Origin: Eledone cirrhosa | Lineage: Eukaryota | Assembly: GCA_964016885.1 (NCBI GenBank) | Contig: OZ024741.1 | Span: 82,026,001-82,090,000, forward strand | Length of the DNA: 64,000 nt | Direction of reading: 5' to 3' | Shown: piece after piece, positions 1-12,626 of the stretch | Layout: each line of letters opens with the position of its first letter | How positions within the stretch are numbered: position 1 is the stretch's first letter | Made by a program: the position numbers and the translations under genes | Notes under the pieces: generated by a model | Database searches by the model: none | Seen by the model: the letters and a program-made list of their open reading frames with translations, nothing else | What the model was told of the DNA's origin: nothing

Positions 1-1040
1 AGACAAACAAAGAAGAATGAAGGAGAGATGATGTCCGAGATAGAGCTCTTGAATAGCCGAAATGCAGCTCAGCCATTAATGATCCTGATGATGATGAAAT
101 CTTCAAGCCAGCACTTCACTGAACATCAACGCAAATAAAGCCGACTCTCGGCGCCACTGTTGTTGTCACAAAAAAAGGTATCGATATGGCAAGCAAGTGT
201 TTCTCATATCGCAATTGCAAGGATTCTTGATAATGATGTGTCTGAACTCTCCGTTTCCCTCTCAACTGTTTATCGTGCAAGAAAAAGTCACCGAGAGAAG
301 ATGGCTTAGGAAATCGAGTGAAGACAGGCGCTGGCTAGTTCTCCACTGCGTTAGAGAGTTATTACCATCAGCTTCCTAATCAAGCACATTCGAAGATTGG
401 AATGACGACTTAATTACAGGAAAAGGAAATAAGGAAACCTTTGATGTTCCGATTGCAAGATAGAACCGGATAACAAATCACTGGTATTATTTTGAAGGAA
501 ATTAAACGCCTCAAAATTGAGAATATAATAATTGGTATGTCCTTCAACTCCACCGGCAGTAACAGCAGCATGCATCAAGAAGCTAATACGAAAATTGATG
601 TATCTCGGAAACAATCCCTATTTTAGCAGGCTTGCCGCCATCACATTCTTCAACTGGTTTTGAAGAAAGTATTCGAGATCTTTTTTCGCATTATCCGGTC
701 CCGGAATCCGAAAGTTACAAACGTTCCAGGAACGTTGGACTCCATTGATTAGTCTCATTATCAATCTATCCCGTGCGATGATGAGCCAGTACAAGATTTT
801 TATAAACAAAAGAGAGGGGAGGTCGTTGAAAATCTACTGACTACTGTTTTCTGGAGATTATTACCTAGAAGAATATGCTGAGTTCATAAAGCTCTCCCTT
901 CTCTATCCTGATGGTCGGTTATCTTCCCAGTACCCCAGCAGCTTGCCATCAGGCTCGTTGGATGGCTAAGACCATATATATGAACAGATAATTATGTTCA
1001 AAGAACAACTTAAGCTTACACCACGTGTGTCGAACGTGTT
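1..1040 (+). pseudogene. Decayed hAT-superfamily (probably hATm-like) DNA transposase fragment, cut by the window start
   Basis: Broken + strand frames give LVLHCVRELLP (cf. VHWDGKLLP), IGMSFNSTGSN (cf. MxFDTTASNTG, ~531), ACRHHILQLVL (~630) and ACHQARWMAKTIY (~940), in the usual order, with stops and frameshifts. Confidence 0.7.
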
Positions 1041-2743
1041 TCACGCTTTACCTCACAAGTTATTGTATATTTTGAATGTCTTCTTTCTGCTTATTTCCAT
1101 TTTATTTATCTACTTATTAACATCTCGAAAAGTGTCGCATGGGACACAGAGATCTGTTTCGGGTGATAGATTTCATCCATACAAAGTATTTCTTTATTTA
1201 ACCCTAATATTATTGTGTATTTAGAATATATTCCACCTGCTTATTTTCATTTGATTTTGTTCTGTTGCGTGGTTTCCTCATTGGATACATTAATATGATC
1301 AGAAAAGACAATATACCAGTGGTCAGGTCCAAACGATGATTCTAAATATGTGAAACTGTGCAACCCTTAGATATTACTCGGCATTCATCGTTATTTAATT
1401 AATTCAAACACGGTCGTAATGAATATGAAGTGACTGGCGATCAGTTTGGAAAATAGAACATCTTAACTTACATAGATACATAGATAGAAAGATACATGGA
1501 TACATGCATACATACATATAGGCATACATATATACATATTTATATTGCATACATACATACTTACATAAATATATATATATATACATTCATACAAAAATAC
1601 ATACATACACAAATACATACATTGGATGCATCTCAGTTTTGAGAATTGCAATCCCTAGGTCGTTTCTTCATACACGGGTGCCACAAAGATGACGTTTTAA
1701 CCGTAGACAGTATTCTGCATATGCTGCATTGAAAGAAAAACGAAACAGTCATGCTCACGCAACACACGTAAAAGTTAATTATATCAATTGTTATCTGTGT
1801 TTGAAGATTTATTAAGTGAAGATAGGTCATGCACTTGACCAATTCCACTCTCTGAACAAGGGTGACAATATTCAAAAACAAGAACAGTTCAACATCATTC
1901 GCAGATTTTACACTAGTTTTCCATCTATTAGACAGATTCCTTAACACGAACTAGAGGTCTTTCACTCCCAGTGGGCTAATCTCGCACTCGGGTACCAAAA
2001 TGAATGTTTCCATGTCCCCCTGCATACATACGTACATTCATACATACATATGTACATACATATATACATACGCACATACATACATATATACATGCACACT
2101 CTTACCTAAGAACAGGTTGAAAACGAGTACCGATCCACATATGGAATGATATATACATCCCAGAACACATACACACAGAAACGCATACAGTCATATATAC
2201 ATAAATATCAATGTGATGTCTGGGTTTCAAAGAAAAGAACCTGTTTCTGTAGTAGAAACGGGCTTGCTTTCTATTGGTGATGTATGAATTAAAAAAGAGC
2301 AGAACATACACATACATACTGTTTCAGCAGATTTTTGAGAAGATGAGCATGGCAAAATCAGACGTTTCGCATTTTATTAGGGAATTACAAGCACAATTCA
2401 TTATTGTGACTGTAAGAAATGTGAAATATTCCTGAGGTTTAGCATGTAATATCTGCATATAGACAGTTTTAGATACAGAAGTATTTACAGACTTGCAGCC
2501 GACCAACATAATTTTCAAGTTGATGTTTTCTAAATTCTCTCTTGATTAGAAATCGGTTCATTTTTTATCAGTGTGATACATACATAGACATATGCATACA
2601 TACACATATACATACATATTTACATACATATGTACACACATACATACATACACGCGTGCATACCTACCTACCTACCTACCTACCTACCTACCTACCTACA
2701 TACATAAATCCATACATACATATATACATACATAAATACATAC

Positions 2744-3220
2744 AGCACTAAGTACTGGTGGAACCTGAAAATAAAAACTGCCACCAAATTAAAGCACAAC
2801 CGGCCTAATATTGTTGTTTGGGACCACACATTGAAAACGTGTTCTGTTGTGGAGATCAGCTGCCCACTTGATGTAAACGTTGTCAGAAAAATACAGGAGA
2901 GGGAGGACATCTACGGACCATTGATGAGGAGTTTACAAATCCAGTATCCAAGATACACCTTTAGCTTCATACCCATCATTATTGGAGCTACGGGTTATAT
3001 ATCAACCCGCTTGGACCAAAGTATGACTGAACTTGGATTTGCGGACAAAAAGCGCAGCTCCCTAATTCATAGTCTACAAATGGCTGCGATAGCTGGCACC
3101 TTCAAAATTTGCAAAACATTCTTGCGATTCAAGGGATGACAATTTCTTTTCATTTACAACCTTGCCACCAGGAAGGTGGCCGGTCAAAAAAAATATACTC
3201 GAAATTAAGAGAAAGAGATA
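2744..3220 (+). mobile_element. 5'-truncated R4/Dong-like non-LTR retrotransposon: restriction-like endonuclease domain and 3' UTR
   Basis: Translation YWWNLKIKTATKLKHNRPNIVVWD...VVEISCPLD...YGPL...IPIIIGATG (ORF 2831-3139 extended upstream) is the typical RLE C-terminus. It is flanked by direct repeat acataaatacatac (2730-2743 and 3221-3234) inside a (TACA)n tract. Confidence 0.8.
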
Positions 3221-3702
3221 ACATAAATACATACGTACATACAAAGGCACATGCATACACACACATATATACATATATTCAAATATACATTCATACATAC
3301 ATACATACATACACACGTGCCTTCGTACGTATATATTACAATCTCTCACCTCAAAGCTTGTAGGAGAATATATTTTTCCTTCAATAACTTTGAAGATGTA
3401 TTTTAAAAGTAAATTATACCGAATGATTGGCTTTCAGATTTATGTTTTCTTCTGACTTGTGTCAGTTATAATTATATTTAATAAGATTAGAAAATATTCA
3501 AACTAATTAAACTTTCAAATTAATTTGGTCATTTCACTTGAAAGGTATTTTTCATTTGTTCTTCGTTATGTTCTTCAAGTTGAAGTCAATCTCTTGAACT
3601 AAATCATACATCAATAGTACTGTTACATTAAAAACAAAAATGTTAACAAATATAGACAAATTGGAAAAGAAGGAAAAGAAAGTGGCCGGCCGTAATAGAA
3701 TG

Positions 3703-3873
<171 letters not shown>

Positions 3874-4285
3874 TGAATTTAGGTTGACATCCTATCAACA
3901 TTTGCATATTAGGACGTAAGAAAATAGGTAAAGATAGAGACAGAACAAAGGAGTATGACACTGAGACGTAGAGAATGTATGAAGGGAGAATACCACATAC
4001 GGTGGTGTGACACCTATTATATGATATTTTCACCTCAGTTTCATTCTTCTTATTCTGCACGTTGGACTGCAGTCCGAATTGTTCATTTTTGTTTCTCTAT
4101 TTCTTCTTTGATTAAGACCTCGCACATAATTCTCTTCCTTCTTTCTCAGTTGACGGACTGGGGATGTTCAATCTCTATTTCTGTAAATCACCGAAAGGCA
4201 TACCTTGTCTTGATTCTGTCTCTGCGTGTTTCATTTCTTTTCAATATGCCTGCTAATGAACAGTATGGACGGTATATATATATAT

Positions 4286-4732
4286 CAGATTACATTTATT
4301 GTATTCAGCCATCTAGAGCGAAATCTTTTTTTATTTGAATTTGGCAAAGCCGGCCATTTATCACTCATATACAGCAAACTGATTGACCAGTCTACTGATA
4401 TGCAAATCTAGCTCATCAGTGGATCTGCTAATATGCAGATCAGGCCGATCAGTCACTGTATTTTTGAAAATAGCATATATTTTCACTAGCTCTGACAGTT
4501 TGTCAGGTGAACAATGAGCTATACTGATGAAGGATGATACCCAGAAACATTAGTGTCTGCAGTTCTGTATGCATGCCAGCACAAGAGCAATAATGAAGTG
4601 TTCATTCTACTGACATGTCTATAAAATTGAGGCTTGTTTGCAAAAGTGGAAACGAATCGAATGTTATTATTAATATTCGAAAAACTCAGATTTACGTTTC
4701 TTGTATTCAGCCACGTAGAGCGAAATTTTCTT

Positions 4733-4735
<3 letters not shown>
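4286..4735 (+). mobile_element. Non-coding ~400 bp unit with terminal direct repeats and an internal hammerhead (solo PLE pseudo-LTR or retrozyme-like)
   Basis: Direct repeat tcagatt..ttgtattcagcca..tagagcgaaat at ~4286-4330 and ~4686-4735, HHR at 4516-4565, (TA)n on both sides. Confidence 0.65.
4516..4565 (+). ncRNA. Type I hammerhead ribozyme motif
   Basis: gagctata-CTGATGA(4524-4530)-aggatgataccca-GAAA(4544-4547)-cattagt-GTC-tgcagttc. Helix I pairs with one mismatch; stem III is near-palindromic (acattagtgt). Confidence 0.7.
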
Positions 4736-4795
<60 letters not shown>

Positions 4796-4931
4796 AATAT
4801 ATATATATAAAAGAAAATTTCGCTCTACATGGCTGAATACAAGAAACGTAAATCTGAGTTTTTCGAATATTAATAATAACATTCGATTCGTTTCCACTTT
4901 TGCAAACAAGCCTCAATTTTATAGACATGTC
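4612..4931. repeat. Inverted repeat, ~130 bp arms around a (CA)n/(TA)n spacer
   Basis: 4612-4745 is the near-perfect reverse complement of ~4800-4931; ORFs 4615+ and 4928- translate almost identically. Confidence 0.9.
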
Positions 4932-4960
4932 ATATATATATATATGTGTATGTTTGTATT

Positions 4961-5063
<103 letters not shown>

Positions 5064-6202
5064 TCTTTTACTCTTTAACCTGTTCCAGCCATCCGGCTGA
5101 GGCCATACTGGGCACCGCCCTTATATCGAAGGAAGGGTGGTTACACTTACAAAGAATCCGCTCTGAAAATATTGTCTTCTTCAGTATAGTCTATTTCATG
5201 TATTAAAATGATTAATGCTGTTTCTTGATAATTGAAATCGCAGTAAGGGTGAGATTAATGGTGAAGCTGTCTTTATTTAGGTTCCTAGCCTTCACTAACT
5301 TTGTAAAAGTTATTTTATGTGTATAGAACTCTCTGAATAGATAATTTTAGCAATCTTTTCATTGAGATGCTTCTGTATATCAGTGTCGAATAAACTTTAT
5401 GATGTTCATACATACATACATACACACACTAACACAGACACACACATATATATACAGCGAGAGAGGGAGAGAGAGAGAGAGAGCGAGAGAGAGAGAGAGA
5501 GAGGGGGGGGGAGAAGCGCTAAACGAATTACGAACCTTCGAAAATTAAGACAAATTTAGAGTAATGTTACTGTCTACAATGCATGATTGTTTTACTACGA
5601 AATTACTGAAAAGTTAGGGAATATAAACCCACACAGACAGGAATGGTGAAGAGTGCGATATATATATATATATATGGATTGATAATGTTTTCAAAAAAAC
5701 TAATTAACCCGCGTGTATATTATTATTTTCCCTCATTTCGTGGATCGTGGGTTTTCTCCCCTTCCCGCTTCGTGTCGCTATGATACTTCCTCAGTCAAAA
5801 ACTGCTGGAATTTCAAATTTGGCGGTCATTCGAGGTGAGAGAGAGCAACTTTACGGACACGATTTTTGACAGCGGTAAGAAATTGTTTTCTTATATCAAT
5901 GTTTAACGGGCTTCCACTGATGATTTATAAGTGCCCACCTAAATATAATCTTACATGAATATATATTAGGCTTCTACATAAACTGGAAACATTCTCCCAA
6001 CTTGTAGAAAACTTATAATGAAACAATTGTTTGGAAAACCTTAATTATATCTCATAAAATAATACAACTGGTTTTTCCACATTATACATATTGTTATCAC
6101 CCCAAACACTTAAATTGGGTTTATAGTTTAATATAACCTAATGTTTGTTGAGTGAGAAGTTTACCAGTCAGACTTTAGCTTTAAACTATCTCTGTTATTG
6201 TA

Positions 6203-6255
<53 letters not shown>

Positions 6256-6260
6256 TATGA

Positions 6261-6538
6261 AGGCGTGTGACTTGATGCTTAGAGCCTTTGAGTTCAATTC
6301 CCGGATAGCGTGGTTCGTTTTGTCCATTAGCAAAATCCTTTATTTCCTATTTCTCCACTTCACTCCACTGTAGAAATGATCAGCGACGTCATTAGCACCA
6401 TTTGTCTTTCCCATGAACAACAGCAGTGGTGAGGAGAAGGGGAACACCTACGCATAGACGACTGCTGATCTTCAACAAAAACGCTTTGCCCGGGCTTGTG
6501 CTTCAGAGTGGAACTCTCGTGGCTGAAGTGGATTTTAC

Positions 6539-6540
<2 letters not shown>
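6261..6540 (+). mobile_element. Decayed tRNA-derived SINE, second family; related copy at 27827-28135 (-)
   Basis: B-box-like gagttcaattccc, body ctttatttcctatttctccacttcactc, and tail gacgactgctgatcttcaacaaaaa, which mirrors ttttattgtggaggaccagcagtcg at ~27911. Confidence 0.55.
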
Positions 6541-6596
<56 letters not shown>

Positions 6597-7488
6597 GTAA
6601 AATATCTGAAAAGCCGGCTGCCAAATAATCTTCTTAAAACGATGCCTGAATAACCACATCATCCCCAAAACTATCAAAAACTTGCACCTACCAACATGCT
6701 TCAAATCACCAGGCCTCAAACGATCACTTAGTTACATACAAAAATTCTGCCTAAGAAAACTCATACAACACCTACACCGCACGCAACAACAACACATACG
6801 GACTATTTCCAGCCTTGTACCACAACTCGCTGAAACCTCAGAACCTCTGTCCAGAGTTATCTCCGCCGCTATAGACAGGTCATACCACCATCGCCGAGAC
6901 TACGAGAAAATACGCCTAACGCAAACATTTCTCAAACTCAGCACGGCTAACCGTCTTAACAACATCCCAACTCTAAGCACCAACAGAGGCGAACAAGACG
7001 GTACCAACACCGAACCTAGCGGCGCCCCGACCAACAACACACCTGACGCAAAACACCTCGTCACAGACTTGACATGATCCCTCTCCCGAGAGGAATTAGA
7101 CCTCCTCAGCCTGGGTCCCAAGTTCATATTGAAACAGAGACTGGACGACAAATTATGGCTCGACATAGAAACGAATTTCTGTCGGGCTGCCTACCAACTA
7201 AAATGGTTATAGACTCTCGGCAACACCACGGCATCTAACAAACCCGGATTCCCGATATACCAACTGGATCGCCCACTCTGTCCACCGCCTGCTAACCGCG
7301 AGCTTGAAGAAAAACTCTCGAGACTAAGACATTCCGTATTTAATATCTTACGGAAACAGAAGAAGATAGCCCCAAACCTCTCCAGGACACAACAACTCGC
7401 CCTGAAGAACCACATACAACAACCCACATACAACAAGCTAGCCTTTGAACACCTAAGCGACAATGATTTTTATACTGAGATCCCGGAC

Positions 7489-8478
7489 ATGACTGCAGCC
7501 CAGATCGAAAAACAGACCAACTCCATCTGGTTCGATATCTGTAGGAGAAGACAACTCCCAAATAAAGTTAAGCTCAACTACACCACTAGAAATAGCAGAC
7601 TGCCCACTTTCTACCACCTCATCAAGACCCACAAGAATAGTACTAAGACGCAAATAAGACCCATCGTCTCTAGCATAGAAGGACCCCTATACAAAATTTC
7701 CTGGCTCCTCTCCCAGGTCCTCAAACCGCTAATCTCCACCTTTCCCGGGCATGTCAGTAGCTCCGACGAAGTTATACGTAGACTACACCAACTCCAGCCA
7801 GAACAACTTAAACTAAATAGATACGCCTTTAGCCTCGACGTTGTCTCCCTCTACACTACAGTCCCCGCTCATCCAGCTGTCGATTTATTGACGAACTGCG
7901 TGGTCGCAGAGGACATCCGCTGCTACGGCCTCCATCCGACGGACATACACCAGCTTTCGTCCTTCACAGTAGACAACACGTACTTCACCTTACACCACCA
8001 CACATACAGACAGAAAACAGGATTACCCATGGGATCCAGCCTATCGGGCCTGCTGGCCATCACCTATGTGAAGCAGCTAGAATGCCGAGCCCTCAACACC
8101 TGCCATTCCCATACCTTCTTCACCCGATATGTAGATGACATACTCATCCTTACATCATCCCGTGAGGAGGCAGATAAAATATACACAACATTCTCCAGCA
8201 TGGACGCCACTATAAAGTTCAGCATAGAACACCCAGATGACCGCGGATCGCTATCCCTACTGGACTTCCAACTCAAGGTAACAGAGGAAGGCAACATCCA
8301 CACCTGCTTCTATAAAAAAGCCGCCAGCAGGGACCTGTTCGTACATTTCAGATCGGCTCTCCCAGGCGGCGCTAAGTTCGGATACATAAGGAACGAACTA
8401 TACGTATCCGGAACAAATGCACCGACGCTAGAGACCGAGACACACACACCACACATTTCCTGGAAGTACTCAAACTGA
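7489..8478 (+). pseudogene. PLE reverse transcriptase core (family A), frameshifted at its 3' end
   Basis: RT motifs RPIVS, DVVSLYT, GLPMGS, YVDD and LLD are in the ORF translation. Confidence 0.9.
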
Positions 8479-9089
8479 ACGGATACACGACATCCACCAC
8501 AAACCGCGCCAGAAAGAACAGAGGACACCACACCTGAGGCACTAACACTTGCTTCCTGAAGCTCCCACACTTCAGTGACGAAACAACAGCAGCCATCTGC
8601 AGAGCTATCAGACGAGAGGGATTAGATATCCAACTGGCCCACTCAGGTCCTTCTCTACGCGGACAGCTAACGAAAAGACACTCCACCAGACATGACAACT
8701 GCTGCAGGCTAGCCAACTGCCCCATCAACGACCAGACCTATGCCACCAGGCTTACGTCGTATACAGACTAGAGTGTGACAAATGCAGCAACTTCTACGTA
8801 GGTAGCACCACCAGACCACTCCACATAAGAATAAAAGAACACCTCAATACTAACGCTTCCTCATTTAAGAAACACCTAGTTAAATGCAAAAACACCGACA
8901 AAACCATAACAGTTAGGATAGAAACTAAGGAAAGAAACCTCGGCAATCTTAGAATTAAGGAAGCACTAATTATAGACAAAACACAACCACCAATCAATAA
9001 TAGACTGGAACTCAACACCCAATTTATACCTTAATAGAGCTTCTAGCCCCATATTTACACCCCCCCACACACACGCACACACACACGCA

Positions 9090-9129
<40 letters not shown>

Positions 9130-9458
9130 TACACACGCTTACACCACCACATATTCTCTCTCACACACACACATACACACACAAAGACCAGTTATAACAC
9201 GAGATAACATCTATACCCCACATTTACGTATAGAGATATCTTCTCACACTCACACACACACACTCACATACTTACACCTTCATGCATTCTCTCACACACT
9301 TAAACAGGCATGTACAAAAAAAACCTTTTAAAGGGAGACTACTCTTTATCCACCTAACCTTAACTCTTTGACATTAGGGATAGAACAGATACTCGATACC
9401 ATTCCCTGTCAGCATGACTTGGCAAGCTATTTAGAACACTGGTTTAACCGCTTTACTT

Positions 9459-9496
9459 CCCTCCGAAGAAGAGATATTATCTCGAAAATTAAGGAC
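9459..9496 (+). ncRNA. Minimal hammerhead motif with CCGAAGA core in the family A 3' UTR
   Basis: cct-CCGAAGA(9463-9469)-a-gagat att atctc-GAAA-at-TA-agg; perfect 5-bp helix II. Confidence 0.65.
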
Positions 9497-9608
9497 ATTT
9501 AAATAAATCTAAGGTAAAAGACTAATTGTCAACAATATCTTTTGCATTTGCATTCTCTATTCTATGTGCATACCTGCATTATTTTGGCTTTATTATACAT
9601 ATACAAAC

Positions 9609-9654
<46 letters not shown>

Positions 9655-9661
<7 letters not shown>

Positions 9662-9923
9662 ATTAAATATTAAATAAATGGAAAACTATATTTATAAAAC
9701 CATATTTATTTCATTATATATATTTCGGGGATATCATATTAACAATATGCTATGCCTTCATCAGACAAAATACAATATAAACAGTTTTATAGATAAATAT
9801 ATTCGACATACCGTAATAAACATCAACTTCATTTGGAGAGGTTTACGCCAAATATTTGTCGAGTGCTTTTATATCAGTTATAAATATTTACTAGTTGTAA
9901 CCCAACAATTTTAAATATAACTT

Positions 9924-9930
<7 letters not shown>
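9655..9930 (-). mobile_element. PLE-like non-coding terminal fragment with HHR-like core; same family as 29690-30100
   Basis: Shares atattaaataaatggaaa(a)ctatatttataaaaccatattta with 29771-29812. Minus strand has CTGATGA (9764-9758), a hairpin and GAAA (9726-9723). Confidence 0.55.
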
Positions 9931-9980
<50 letters not shown>

Positions 9981-10603
9981 GTTTTACCCATATATGTATA
10001 TATATATTTATATATATGGGTAAAACCCACTTCAGCCACTTAAATATATATATTTGTGTTTGAGACACGTCGGCTGTGTGCGTTTGACGGGAACGAAAAG
10101 ATTTGTTTACTATTCTCCCGCCATCACGTAAAGTTTGTAAATCGGTGGCTGGTCGAGGGACAGATTTGTATCGGATTCTAGTTGCTAATCACTTTACTGT
10201 TTCGGCCGTCACAACAGTCAAAGCCGGCATGGGCTGGGGTTTGGATTCTGTCGATCGATTGATTATTGATTAGACGATACACGCTGAAGAAGCCACATTC
10301 GCCGTTTATGCATTGTTGCATAATATATGCAGGAAGAGGGTGCAACGAACCCTACTGCTGCATGAAGTGTGGCCGAAACTCGAGACCGGGAACTATTATA
10401 GGCTCCCGTTTTACCTGTGTTGTGTTGAAGCGATAAGTATGTATCCTGCATTGTCTATTGAGCAGGCTGAGATACAACCGTTCCTGGTATTGATAAATAT
10501 GCTGGGTCCGTCAACTCCTTATTATACATATATATATATATATGTTAAGTATTTCCGAAGAAAAAGCAAAGGAAAAGAGAGAGCTCTATGTATAGAACAG
10601 AGC

Positions 10604-10744
10604 TATTTAATTAGAAAGTGAACAATACAATATATAGCTACTCCATTACCAAAGTTTTCAGGACCCTAGACAATATGTCTAGGGTCCTGAAACCTTTGGT
10701 AATGGGGTAGTTATATATTGTGTTGTTCACTTTTTAATCAAATA
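10604..10744. repeat. Near-perfect 141 bp palindrome
   Basis: ~69 bp arms around a 3-nt loop at 10673-10675 (…ggaccctagaca ata tgtctagggtcc…). Confidence 0.9.
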
Positions 10745-11081
10745 TATCTATATCTATACTGGTTATATGTATATATATATATATATATGAAAAATATGGG
10801 GAGAAGAATACTGCATGATTGCACATGGATAACATGTTATAAAATGAGTCCCTTATCAGTGATTTGCCAACGATCATTGGTATATATATATATATACAGA
10901 GGGATCCACTGTAAGTTGTGGGGTCTATTCTGTATGAAGAACTCAATGCAATCCATATGTTGAAAATGTTGTAGGTTAAGATAAATCTCAGAAAACAATA
11001 AAACATTAAAAGGAAAACAGAGTCATGATATAAGTAAAAACAATGAAATAAAAAAATCAAGTTATTAGTGATATACTTCAC

Positions 11082-11213
11082 TGCTTTACGATCGTTTCTA
11101 GATGGTGATAATACATTGTATCTATACTCAGTTATTGATCTATGTAAGTTTACAAACTATCAGATAGAGAGAATATTTACTTACAAGTATGTCACCAACT
11201 GTTTTCAAAAGCA
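11082..11213 (-). ncRNA. Extended-stem-II hammerhead, U3-A8 core variant
   Basis: Minus strand tgctt-TTGAAAA-[103 nt]-GAAA-cgatc-GTA-aagca. Confidence 0.65.
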
Positions 11214-12068
11214 ATAATAATTTTATTCAATAATAATTTTACTCAGAATTAGTATCATGTCCATATTTGGAGGTAGTTGAAGAACTAACGAATCAAATTG
11301 TTTTTTTCATATGGTGTTAAGATGAAAAGTAATACACTTTAGTTGAGGTCATGACCCTTTGAAAGGAATGATTGAAAGGTGTTAGTGGAAATGGCATAAA
11401 AATCTATTAGGAAGGAAGGGGATTGTTAAATTGATAGTTGAATGCATCTTGTATAGTAAATTTTTATATCAATATAACTGTATCTCTCTCTATATGTAGT
11501 GTGAATATATGCACTTTGTAGACTATGAAATTTATGTGTTTTAACGATGCCAACATGTAATTATCTTAGTTTGATTGTTTATGCATAAACATACTTAGTA
11601 ATATTTTAGAGCGTATAATATGTTATATTATACTGAGTCCAATTTACCACACCGTACTATACTGTTGGTTAAGTTGTATATTATCGCATTACTATATCAC
11701 ATTATCTTATTATAATTTTCATATTTTAATATACTATCTTTCCTAGCCATAACATTAATTTAAATTCACCTTAAAACTCAATACAACACTAATTCCCATT
11801 TATTTTGACATTCCTTTTACATTCACTCTACAAGATACATTCAACTATCAGTTTGACAATCCCCTTCCTTTCTAATAGATTTGTATACCATTTCCACTAA
11901 CACCTTTCAACCATATATTTCAAAGGGTCATGACCTCAACTAAAGTGTATTACGTTTCATCTTAACACCATATGAAAAAAACAATTTGATTCGTTAGTTC
12001 TTCAACTACCTCCAAATATGGACATGATACTAATTCTGAGTAAAATTATTATTGAATAAAATTATTAT

Positions 12069-12198
12069 TGCTTTTGAAAACAACTGGTGATAAATGTTGG
12101 TAAATATTCTCTATATCTGATAGTTTGTAAACTTACATGGATCACTAACTGAGTATAGATACAATGAATTATCATCATCTAGAAACGATCGTAAAGCA
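12069..12198 (+). ncRNA. Extended-stem-II hammerhead, U3-A8 core variant
   Basis: tgctt(12069-73)-TTGAAAA(12074-80)-[101 nt, tggtgataa pairs with ttatcatca]-GAAA(12182-85)-cgatc-GTA-aagca(12194-98). Confidence 0.65.
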
Positions 12199-12443
12199 TT
12201 GAAGTATATCTCTAATAACTTGATTTTTTATTTCATTGTTTTAACTTATATATATATATATATATATATATTTATTTATTTAAATAACAGATTAAAGTTT
12301 AAACAAAGAAGCACTGCTTTCACACTTAGCGGTATGTTTTAACAAATATTTGCTCTATGGTTGTTATATATTTGATATATATTTATCCTTATCGAGCCCT
12401 CTTTGGATTTTAGTCTTCATATTTATTATTATTACTATATATA

Positions 12444-12626
12444 GGGCGGTGAATTGGCAGTATCGGTAGAGGGTCGGACATGCTTTCCAGCATAGTTACG
12501 TCCCTTTACGATCTGATTTTAAATCCCGCCAAGGTTAACTTTGCCTTTCATCCTTACGGGGTCGATAAAATAAAGTACAAGTAATGTACTGGGATAATTG
12601 CTGGCCTTGTGCCAAAAGTAGAAACA
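12444..12626 (+). mobile_element. tRNA-derived SINE, full length
   Basis: Head gggcggtgaattggcag, B-box-like tttaaatccc, central actttgcctttcatccttacggggtcgataaaa (resembles the Meta/MESC domain). 16-bp TSD attattactatatata at 12428-12443 and 12627-12642. Confidence 0.85.

Larger units (their letters stand above)
6596..9610 (+). mobile_element. Penelope-like retroelement family A, near full length and decayed (RT, C-terminal GIY-YIG, 3' UTR with HHR)
   Basis: Motifs LSLGPKF, FYHLIKTHK..IRPIVS, SLDVVSLYT, GLPMGSSLS, RYVDD (ORF 7489-8478), then YVVYRLECDKCSNFYVGSTTRPLHIRIKEH..IKEAL..IN ending at TAA 9032-9034. Several stops and frameshifts; (TA)n at both ends. Confidence 0.92.
10880..12248. 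mobile_element. Inverted pair of PLE 3' UTR/pseudo-LTR copies (family H2), no ORF
   Basis: ~11028-11460 is the reverse complement of ~11820-12248. It shares gtatgaagaactcaatgYaatcc and the extended HHR with the 3' UTR of the PLE at 36315-40085. (TA)n at both outer ends. Confidence 0.8.

Noticed and set aside
7075-7077. In-frame TGA as selenocysteine (also 48657-48659)
   Set aside because: Neither is at a Cys position; 48657 is GGA in the mirror arm, and family A has other stops and frameshifts.
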